A DNA stretch of 63,687 nucleotides, counting the filler, from Octopus bimaculoides (taxonomy: Eukaryota): assembly GCF_001194135.2 (NCBI RefSeq). It is 5 parts of 4 records of this genome, joined end to end, with 100 filler letters (N's around TTAATTAATTAA, not from the genome) between each part and the next. Parts side by side here need not be neighbours in the genome. Positions count along the whole stretch, not along the records: positions 1 to 15,259 come from NC_068981.1; 4 more parts are not named here. The stretch is one strand, 5' to 3'. Below, one piece after another: positions 1 through 8,787 of the stretch; position 1 is the first letter of the stretch; every line of letters begins with the position of its first letter. Both the position numbers and the translations under genes were made by a program. The notes under the pieces are model-generated. The model was not told the DNA's origin. It saw only the letters and a program-made list of their open reading frames with translations, and searched no databases.

Positions 1-1560
1 CATCTCTATCATCATCATCATCGTTTAACGTCCGCTTTCCATGCTAGCATGGGTTGGACGATTTGACTGAGGACTGGTGAAACCGGATGGCAACACCAGG
101 CTCCAGTCTGATTTGGCAGAGTTTCTACAGCTGGATGCCCTTCCAAATGCCAACCACTTTACAATGTGGACTGGATGCTTTTTAAGTGGCACCTGCACTG
201 ACAGGGTCACCAAGTAACTTTGCAAGACAAAGGGGAGGGGGCATTGGAGGAGGTGATCTTGTGTCAGATGAGGGAAGGTTATAGTGAGACAGAGAGAGAG
301 AGAGAGAGATCAGGAATGAGGACAGAAACAGGTGTGCTGCTGTAAAGGAGATACATGGTTACCCAACACGAGGGAGGAGCAGAAGGAGGAGAGAGAGTGG
401 GAGACAGCAGGAGAGAGATGGTGGTCAGGTGCTGGGCATATTCACAAGGGAAGGGGATCAGAATATAAATGGGATTGTCGAATAAAGGAAGAGAGAGAGA
501 GAGAGATATAGATGGTGTCAAGTGCCAGGGCTTACCCTTGAGGTTCGAAGGTCATAATACAAGTGGCAGGATATGAGCAAAGAAGTGTGATTAGAGAGTG
601 GGGAGGGGCAGTGAGTGGTGAAAACCTGGGTATATAGAGTGCTAGGGTGCTACCACATAGCAATGATACAGAGAAACAGGATTGAGGAGTGAAAGGTAAA
701 CATAGTCCATGAAGGAGGAAGAGAAGAGATGTAGTTTGGTGTGTGCAAAGTTTTCTTGTTACATGTGGGTGGAACACAGCACTTCTAGAACTGTTTCACT
801 GATGCAGGCGGATCTGCTGAAGAACCTCATATTGCCAGACATTTCAGTCCACTGTCATTTTGTCCATGAGGCTCAACATCCTGAGATTGGTCCTTATCAC
901 TTCATCTCATGTCTTCCTGGGTCTCCTTCTTCCACAGGTATCATCCTCTTTCAGTGATCAGCACTTCTTTATGGACCTATTCTCATTCATACACATCACA
1001 TGTCCAAACCAATGTAGTCTTCTCTCTTGCATGCTATATTTGATTCCTCTGATGCCTAACTTTTTCCTCAATATGTTTGCACTTTGTCGTACATGCACAC
1101 TAATGTTGCACATCCAACATAGCATACTGCTTTCATTTCTCTCCAGTCTACGCGTCTTTTGCATTCATGCCTCACTAAGATGGAGTATAGCCGTTCACAC
1201 ACAAGCATCATACAGTCTACCTTTCACTCTGAGAATGAGTCCTTTTGTTGCCAACAGAGGTAATGGCTCTCTGAACTTCCTCCACCCAATTCTTATTCTA
1301 CAAACAATACTTTCAGAACATCTTCCATCATTGCTAATTTGGTCACCTAGGTAACAGAAACTATCGACAATGTCAAGAGGGCCTCCTGGGCATTTGAGAG
1401 AGCCTAAGTCTAAGTCCTGTGTACTCTTAGTGCTTATTGTTCTGGCACAGCAACCACATACAAAGACTTTATCTATCTGTGATTTCGCTGCACCTTTTAT
1501 GTGTCCATAGCTTACAGTGGGTGCAGCGAATGCAATTTTTTCCAACTCCTATCCCAACAG
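1..1560 (-). mobile_element. 5'-truncated, decayed RTE-clade LINE: RT C-terminal region (~820-1560) plus ~750-bp 3' UTR ending in a (GAT)n tail
   Basis: Minus-strand translations VDSFCYLGDQIS..RIRIGWRKFREPLPLLATKGL..VKGRLYDACV, MLCWMCNISV..QERRLHWFGHV and a GRPRKT-like motif near 880-920 are typical of the RTE RT C-terminus. Frameshifts are present. The tail reads catcatcatcatc at the window start. Confidence 0.85.
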
Positions 1561-2322
1561 ACCAAGCTACATCTCTCCTCTTCCTCACTCTTCCCCTTTT
1601 CATGCACCATTCTTATACTTATCTCTTGCTCCCTAATCCAATCCTCACTGCTCTGCTCACTACATCATTGCTATCCCCCCCCCACCTCTATATGCCCACA
1701 TTTTACCAGTCTTTACATTCATGTGAAGTCTCAATTCCCTACTCCTGTACCTTGGCAGTACCCTACTATTTATATTCTGATCCTGTATCTTGAGAGCATG
1801 TCCTTCCACTTCACCACCACTTACCTCTCTCTGACTCTTCTCTACCATCCTATTTATATTGTTCCTTGTGAGCATGCCCTGGCACTTTGCCACCATCATT
1901 CTCCCGCTCTCATGCACTCTCTCTCTCTCTTCCTCTGACTGGTTGACCATGTATCTCCTATACAGCAACACACCTGTTACTGGCCTCAATCTTGAGCGCT
2001 CCTCTCTCTGACTAGGGTTAGGGTTAAAGTATCCCCTCTACAGCAAGACATTTGTTTCTGTCTCTCTATCATCTGGCACAAGATCACCTCCTCCAATGCC
2101 ACATCCCATTTGCAAGTTATTTGGTGACCCTGGCAGTGCTGGTGCCATATCAAAAGCATCTACTCTACATTGTAAAGTGGTTGGTGTTAGGAAGGTCATC
2201 CAGCCATAAAAACCATGCCAAAGCAGACAGTAGAGCTTAGTGCAGTCCTCTGGCCTTGCTAGCTCCTGTCAAACCATCCAACTCATGCCAGCATGGAAAG
2301 CGGATATTAAATGATGATGATG
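1561..2322 (+). mobile_element. Second copy of the same RTE 3' UTR/tail, in opposite orientation
   Basis: Blocks match the reverse complement of 1-750, e.g. aacaggtgtgYtgctgtaWaggagatacatggt and ggcattggaggaggtgatcttgtgYcagatga. Ends in aatgatgatgatg at ~2322. Confidence 0.75.
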
Positions 2323-2335
2323 GTGTGTGTGTGCA

Positions 2336-2440
2336 GACTTGGTTGTGGTTAAGAAGCTTTTTCCCCAACTATGTGCTCTCTTGGGTTCAGTCACACTAGG
2401 TGACACCTTAGTTAGGTGTCTTTTACTATAGCCTCATGAG
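2336..2440 (+). mobile_element. Decayed head of CORE-type SINE
   Basis: tggttaagaagct..gggttcagtcacact..gacacctt..ggtgtcttttactatagcctc aligns by eye to the copies at 52331, 56794 and 62583. Confidence 0.55.
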
Positions 2441-2520
2441 TGGACATGCATATAATTCACTATATGTATATATTACATGGAAAAATGCGAGCATGAAAAG
2501 TAATATTCTTAAGTTTCTAA

Positions 2521-3795
2521 ACCTGGAAAAGTAGAGGACAAGTAATTACACCTGGAAAAGCAGAGGACAAGTTATTACACCTGGAAAAGTAGAGGACAAG
2601 TAATTACACCTGGAAAAGTAGAGGACAAGTAATTACACCTGGAAAAGTAGAGGACAGGTAATTACACCTGGAAAAGTAGAGGACAAGTAATTACACCTGG
2701 AAAAGTGGAGGACAAGTTATTACACCTGGAAAAGTAGAGGACAAGTAATTACACCTGGAAAAGTAGAGGACAAGTTATTACACCTGGAAAAGTAGAGGAC
2801 AAGTAATTACACCTGGAAAAGTAGAGGACAAGTTATTACACCTGGAAAAGTAGAGGACAAGTAATTNNNNNNNNNNNNNNNNNNNNNNNNNNNNNNNNNN
2901 NNNNNNNNNNNNNNNNNNNNNNNNNNNNNNNNNNNNNNNNNNNNNNNNNNNNNNNNNNNNNNNNNNNNNNNNNNNNNNNNNNNNNNNNNNNNNNNNNNNN
3001 NNNNNNNNNNNNNNNNNNNNNNNNNNNNNNNNNNNNNNNNNNNNNNNNNNNNNNNNNNNNNNNNNNNNNNNNNNNNNNNNNNNNNNNNNNNNNNNNNNNN
3101 NNNNNNNNNNNNNNNNNNNNNNNNNNNNNNNNNNNNNNNNNNNNNNNNNNNNNNNNNNNNNNNNNNNNNNNNNNNNNNNNNNNNNNNNNNNNNNNNNNNN
3201 NNNNNNNNNNNNNNNNNNNNNNNNNNNNNNNNNNNNNNNNNNNNNNNNNNNNNNNNNNNNNNNNNNNNNNNNNNNNNNNNNNNNNNNNNNNNNNNNNNNN
3301 NNNNNNNNNNNNNNNNNNNNNNNNNNNNNNNNNNNNNNNNNNNNNNNNNNNNNNNNNNNNNNNNNNNNNNNNNNNNNNNNNNNNNNNNNNNNNNNNNNNN
3401 NNNNNNNNNNNNNNNNNNNNNNNNNNNNNNNNNNNNNNNNNNNNNNNNNNNNNNNNNNNNNNNNNNNNNNNNNNNNNNNNNNNNNNNNNNNNNNNNNNNN
3501 NNNNNNNNNNNNNNNNNNNNNNNNNNNNNNNNNNNNNNNNNNNNNNNNNNNNNNNNNNNNNNNNNNNNNNNNNNNNNNNNNNNNNNNNNNNNNNNNNNNN
3601 NNNNNNNNNNNNNNNNNNNNNNNNNNNNNNNNNNNNNNNNNNNNNNNNNNNNNNNGGAGGACAAGTTATTACACCTGGAAAAGTAGAGGACAAGTAATTA
3701 CACCTGGAAAAGTAGAGGACAAGTTATTACACCTGGAAAAGTAGAGGACAAGTTATTACACCTGGAAAAGTAGAGGACAAGTTATTACACCTGGA
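2521..3795. repeat. 29-bp minisatellite (acacctggaaaagtagaggacaagtWatt)n, spanning a 790-nt N gap
   Basis: About 12 near-perfect units before the gap and about 5 after it. Units end in either taatt or ttatt. Confidence 0.97.
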
Positions 3796-4037
3796 GTATG
3801 CCTTCATCATTTCGTCCGCAGTAGAAATCTTCATATTCGTTGGAGAATGTGAAACAAATTTGTAGGAATTGCTCTATATGTCAAGAAGTGAAGCCACAAT
3901 ATTATAAACCAAACTGAGTTAACTTAATTAGGGCTACGCAGCTATTCGAGCGAATTTCAATCGATTCCAAAGGCCTGATTCCTTCCACGAAGCATCCTTA
4001 TCATGTAACAATCGTTGACGAATACTCTTGATTTCTG
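3787..4037 (+). mobile_element. Ty3/Gypsy-type integrase fragment (HHCC zinc-binding region and start of the DDE core), pseudogenised
   Basis: Manual translation across a frameshift: TPGVCLHHFVRSRNL / SLENVKQICRNCSICQEVKPQYYKPN*VNLIRATQLFERISIDSKGLIPSTKHPYHVTIVDEYS*F. This matches the Gypsy pattern HPG..C..C..K..P..P.ER..ID..GP.P....L.IVD.YSRF. Confidence 0.82.
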
Positions 4038-4670
4038 TTATCTGACACATCAGACTATGACTGGAAATTAGTTTCTTGGAACCAAGAATTATTGGTCATA
4101 TATAACAGTGGGTGACTTGTTAATTGACAGCAAACAAACACAGTCTTCAGCTATCTGTGTAATATAAATAATGATAAATAAAATAATGAAATTATTGTAT
4201 ACAGTGCTCAGGTGCACTACAACAATATATTTCACAGTGGGTGAAACCAATCAGTGAATTAAAGATTAATATCAAAGTAATTATTAGAAAACTTTCTTTT
4301 TTCAATTAACTTCTCGCACAAATTCTAATTAAAGCCAGAGTTAGTTCCCTTTAACTATTTACAGCTCTTCAATAATACCTTCTCTCCCCACCTCTCTCTC
4401 TCAGTATATATACATATATATATATATACGTTTACATATTTAACAAAGATACACGTGTCTCACACACGTAGCTATTTCTCTACACATGGTAATTACTAAC
4501 GCAGCATTTCGTTATGCAACCATAAATATACTATAAAGTATTATTCTTTTACTCGTTTCAGTCATTTGATTGTGGATCACCAACATTTTTATAAGTGAAT
4601 ACCGTAGTAGAACACGGTACATCACTTGTTAAGGTTCTCTCTACACATATTCCTATTGAAATTACAGCCA

Positions 4671-4929
4671 GCATTGATTTTTGTTACGACGTTTCGTATC
4701 CTAGACATCAAATGCAAACAAACAATGAAATCGAAGATGAAAAAAGAGTAATGGGCCTTTTATGCCATATTTCGCGGAGTTTTTTTTTTTTTCTTTTTTT
4801 GATAGAACAAAAGCCCATTAAAATATGGTCATATTTGTCCATTATTCTTTTTTTCAATTCTTCAGTCTTATTGTTCATTTGTTTGCATCTGACGTCTCGG
4901 ATACGAAAGGTCGTAACAAAAATCAGTGC
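4671..4929. repeat. Imperfect long inverted repeat (~100-bp arms, ~50-bp spacer)
   Basis: 4675-4722 versus the reverse complement of 4878-4925 matches at 44/48 by manual alignment. Weaker pairing continues inward (aaaaaagagtaatgggc vs aaaaaaagaataatggac). Confidence 0.9.
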
Positions 4930-4981
4930 TGTCTCTGATTTCTCTAGAGATAATCCCAAACATGCTAATTACTCGCCAGCT

Positions 4982-5190
4982 CCGCCCCGCCCTCTCGCCA
5001 CTCCCCGAACTCTCGCCACTCCCCGAACGTCTCTTGGCCAATGAAATCGCAAATCCTTCTGCTGCTGTCTTCCTTCCATAAAACCGAACTTTCACCATTT
5101 TATTTCCAGTATTTTATCGGGAAATTATTTGAGAGAATAACTTAATCGGACGACTGACTTCTGCAAAGTTTCCATCTGCCAAATACCAAT
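4982..5190 (+). promoter_or_regulatory. Putative promoter of the zinc-finger gene: GC box, duplicated 18-mer, CCAAT boxes
   Basis: ccgccccgccc at 4982-4992; ctctcgccactccccgaa twice (4992-5027); CCAAT at 5038-5042 and 5186-5190; locally CpG-rich in an AT-rich background. Promoter function is inferred. Confidence 0.45.
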
Positions 5191-6059
5191 CGCAACGTCA
5201 AACATTTTATATTGTGTCTGTTTTACAATCCTTACATGTAAAGAACAATTGTTANNNNNNNNNNNNNNNNNNNNNNNNNNNNNNNNNNNNNNNNNNNNNN
5301 NNNNNNNNNNNNNNNNNNNNNNNNNNNNNNNNNNNNNNNNNNNNNNNNNNNNNNNNNNNNNNNNNNNNNNNNNNNNNNNNNNNNNNNNNNNNNNNNNNNN
5401 NNNNNNNNNNNNNNNNNNNNNNNNNNNNNNNNNNNNNNNNNNNNNNNNNNNNNNNNNNNNNNNNNNNNNNNNNNNNNNNNNNNNNNNNNNNNNNNNNNNN
5501 NNNNNNNNNNNNNNNNNNNNNNNNNNNNNNNNNNNNNNNNNNNNNNNNNNNNNNNNNNNNNNNNNNNNNNNNNNNNNNNNNNNNTTCTTTAAGACAAATT
5601 AAAATTCCCTGATTCGTAATTTCTGTACTCGTGGATCAAAAAAAAAAAAATCGACAAAAAGTTAAGAATTAAGAAATTGGGGGAATCGAAATTTTGAAAA
5701 CGTTTGGAACTCCATCCCCACAAATACTGGAAATGGGTTGAGAGTTATATCGAAAGTTTGCCGGTGGGGTGCATGCGCTTTATCTTCGCCAGATTAACTG
5801 TAATAAACCACGAAGTAGAGAAGCCTCTATGTCACCCCTGCATCTGCTAGATATAGCAGCCAGCATATTCATGATTTCTCGGCTCTCCCTCTTTACTCTT
5901 GATATAATCTTCTTCATTCATTGCCTAAACAACGCAATCGTTTCTTTCGTACACTACACGTGATTCCTTTCACGTCCGGTGGGCGTTAAATGAGGTTTAT
6001 GATGACACAGACGTTGTACATCGAGAGGAGCATGTTTACTCAATTTCTTGCTTATTTTT

Positions 6060-6985
6060 GTAGGTTCATTGCATCCAGGACCCACATCTCATAGCCATGC
6101 TTCTGTAGAAGCATCCCCACAGCCTGCCTTTCTTTTAAAGAAAGAAGCCTTTTGTTACCAACAGAGAGAAGTCTTTGAACTTTCTCCAACCTGTTCTTAG
6201 TCTGGCTGTTAGACTTTCGCAATAGATCAAACAAGGTAACAGAAACTATCTACTAGGAATTTTCCTGAGTAATTAACCTTTTGAACTCCAGATAACCATT
6301 GTCCACAGCACCCTCACCTCCAGGTTCCAAGAGCCAAAATAATGATTTCCCATCTAATATTGTTTCAATGTCTCAAAAATGTGTTTTGTGTCTCTCATAT
6401 TGAAATAAATTCCAAATAGAGAGCAACATTGTCCTTAGCACTTGTTTTTTATTTATTTTATTACCAATACTGGTGTTTGTGGTGCCAGTAGAACCAGCAG
6501 TTACCGTCTGGTTTTCCAATGCAGAAAATACTGGCCAGTAAAGTAGCCACTGGGGTATTTATATCTGTGGCTGGCAGCTGGAATTTGTATTTGAATCTGC
6601 AGTTGGTAGCCGGATTAGCGGCCACTGGGGTTCTGAGGGTTAAGAGCATCTATTTCTTGTGCACATTTTATGTTTAGTGCTCCTCACCTGCCCATGATTC
6701 CATTCTGGCTCTTGTGTGTCCATAGTTTGCATTGAGTACGATATATGGAACTTCAACCAACTCTTTTTCTATCTTTTGAACAAAGACATTTCCCTAATGG
6801 TAGCAAGGCCTGTTTCCCAACATATTAATACTTTAGCCTTTGTCAAATTAACTTGAAGGGCCTTTTGATTCCAGGTTTCCTTTAATGCATGGACTTTCTT
6901 CTCTATTTCTACTGTAAGTCTAGCTATAAGTATGAAGTCATCAGCATATCAGAGTTCCACAAGCAGCCAGTCTTGAGTTCGAATG
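6060..6985 (-). mobile_element. Decayed RTE-clade LINE RT fragment, split by a MITE
   Basis: WEL*YADDFILIA near 6930-6965; LVDSFCYL near 6235-6260, sharing aggtaacagaaactatc with the copy at ~1350. Confidence 0.8.
6277..6639. mobile_element. piggyBac-like non-autonomous element (MITE) with TTAA target-site duplication
   Basis: TTAA at 6273-6276 and 6640-6643. Termini ccttttgaactccag and (reverse complement) ccctcagaaccccag. Removing the element and one TTAA rejoins the RTE frame as QEIDALNYSGKFLVDSFCYL. Confidence 0.7.
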
Positions 6986-7074
6986 TAATTGTAATAAATT
7001 AAAGTTTAGTTAATGATTTGTAGGTAAAGTTTATTGTAAAATTCCTGCTGTTCTGTTTCTTCCTTTTATGTCTT

Positions 7075-7096
7075 ATATTGTTTCTCTATATTTCAG
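7075..7096 (+). other. Probable 3' splice acceptor of the zinc-finger coding exon
   Basis: Polypyrimidine tract ending tttctctatatttcag, about 380 nt upstream of the ORF ATG. Confidence 0.5.
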
Positions 7097-7475
7097 ACTA
7101 TCAGATGACATTGATATTAAATTATTTCTTGCCTCAGCTACATCATCAACATTTATTATCTTTTAAAGAGTAAATTATGGTGAAATGTATCTTCTGAATT
7201 GAAATTAATAGCAGCAGTTCTAATCTTGACTACCTGGAATATGTTCAGATGATTTTGAATTCTAATTAAACTTGAAAAATGTTACAGAGGAATTTGCAAT
7301 CCCCTTCAGATATCGACAAACATCTCAAGTGATGAAAATATAACAGTAGAAACACTTAAACAAATAAATATATAAAAACAAGAAAAATATCCATATATTG
7401 TGGTGAGAGAAGAATAATTTTGGAAAGACAGATTATGTGTGAAACGTAAAAATTAACATTTTACATCCTGAAGAA

Positions 7476-8675
7476 ATGCCAAAAGAGCTAGGAAAATCAT
7501 CATACCATAATGACATCAGCAAAATATCATTCTCAGAAAGAGGAAACCTAACTATTCAGAAACATATTAACACAAGAGACAAACCATATCACTGTGATAT
7601 ATGTAACAAATCATTCTCTGAAGCAAGTGTCTTAACTAGACACAAACGTATTCATACAGGAGAAACCCCATATCACTGTGATACCTGTGGTAAGTCATTC
7701 TTTCAAACAAGTGACTTAACAAGACACAAACGTATTCACACAGGAGAAAAACCATATCGGTGTGACATTTGTGGTAAATCATTTTCTCAAAATGGTGAAG
7801 TCACTACTCACAAACGCATTCACACAGGAGAAAAACCATATCACTGTGACATCTGTGGTAAATTATTCTCTGCAACAAGTCACTTAACTACTCATAAACG
7901 TATTCATACAGGAGAGAAACCCTATTGCTGTGACATCTGTGGTAAATCATTCTCTGTAAATAGTGACCTGACTTCTCACAAACGTATTCACACAGGAGAA
8001 AAACCATTCCACTGTGACATCTGTGGTAAATCATTCTCTGAAAAAGGTAACCTGACTACTCACCACCGTATTCATACAGGAGAGAAACCCTATTGTTGTG
8101 ATATCTGTGGTAAATCATTCTCTGGAAAAGGCAACTTAACAACTCATAGGCGTATTCATACAGGTGAAAAACCATATCACTGTGATATCTGTGGCAAATC
8201 ATTCTCTGAAAATGGTATCTTATCTAGACATAAACGTATTCATACAGGTGAAAAACCATATCACTGTGGTATCTGTGGCAAATCATTCTCTGAAAATGGT
8301 GTTCTAACTATACACAAACGTATTCATACAGGAGAAAAACCATATCACTGTGATATGTGTGGTAAATCATTTTCTGAAAATGGTGTCTTAACCATACATA
8401 GACGTATTCATACAGGAGAAAAGCCTTATCACTGTGATATTTGTGGTAAACCATTCTCTGAAAAAGGTAATCTCATTACTCATAAACGTATTCATACGGG
8501 AGAAAAACCATATCACTGTGATATTTGTGGTAAATCATTCTCTGAGAATGGTGTCTTAACTATACACAAACGTATTCACACAGGAGAAAAACCATATCAC
8601 TGCGATATCTGTGGTAAACCATTTTCTCAAAAAAGTCCCTTAACTACTCATCTAAGTATTCATATAGAAAAGTAA
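7476..8675 (+). CDS. Tandem C2H2 zinc-finger protein, 399 aa, 13 intact fingers with TGEKPY linkers, no recognisable KRAB/SCAN/BTB domain
   Basis: Uninterrupted ORF with 13 copies of C-X2-C-X3-F-X5-[LV]-X2-H-X3-H from nt 7590 and a degenerate finger at the N-terminus. Consistent with the known cephalopod C2H2 expansion. Confidence 0.96.
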   Translation: MPKELGKSSYHNDISKISFSERGNLTIQKHINTRDKPYHCDICNKSFSEASVLTRHKRIHTGETPYHCDTCGKSFFQTSDLTRHKRIHTGEKPYRCDICGKSFSQNGEVTTHKRIHTGEKPYHCDICGKLFSATSHLTTHKRIHTGEKPYCCDICGKSFSVNSDLTSHKRIHTGEKPFHCDICGKSFSEKGNLTTHHRIHTGEKPYCCDICGKSFSGKGNLTTHRRIHTGEKPYHCDICGKSFSENGILSRHKRIHTGEKPYHCGICGKSFSENGVLTIHKRIHTGEKPYHCDMCGKSFSENGVLTIHRRIHTGEKPYHCDICGKPFSEKGNLITHKRIHTGEKPYHCDICGKSFSENGVLTIHKRIHTGEKPYHCDICGKPFSQKSPLTTHLSIHIEK

Positions 8676-8781
8676 TTTATCAATGACAACATTTGGATCT
8701 TATTAAACCCACTACAAGAAGTGTACTACTTAGTTTTTGTGGAACAATATGATTTTTATTCATTTTATTGTTGCTACATCT

Positions 8782-8787
8782 AATAAA
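8782..8787 (+). promoter_or_regulatory. Candidate polyadenylation signal of the ZNF gene
   Basis: First AATAAA, about 107 nt after the stop codon. The AT-rich context makes a chance match possible. Confidence 0.3.

Noticed and set aside
2013-2026. Telomere-like TTAGGG/CCCTAA units (also 9804-9825)
   Set aside because: Only about two units each, which is too short to call interstitial telomeric sequence.
2807-3693. Long ORFs made mostly of X (also 5214-5612, 20759-21610, 46084-46619, 57738-58206 and others)
   Set aside because: Artefacts of translating through N gaps.
2521-3795. CRISPR-like appearance of the 29-bp repeats (and of the 24-bp repeats at 44227)
   Set aside because: Units are head-to-tail with no unique spacers, there are no cas genes, and the context is eukaryotic.
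4595-5098. Opposite-strand ORFs sharing the peptide DFCYD.SYPR.QMQTN
   Set aside because: Explained by the DNA inverted repeat; there is no other sign of coding potential.
7476-8675. Assigning a vertebrate ZNF symbol (e.g. ZNF271, OZF, XlCGF-like)
   Set aside because: Such labels reflect generic linker similarity; orthology cannot be supported for lineage-specific tandem finger arrays.
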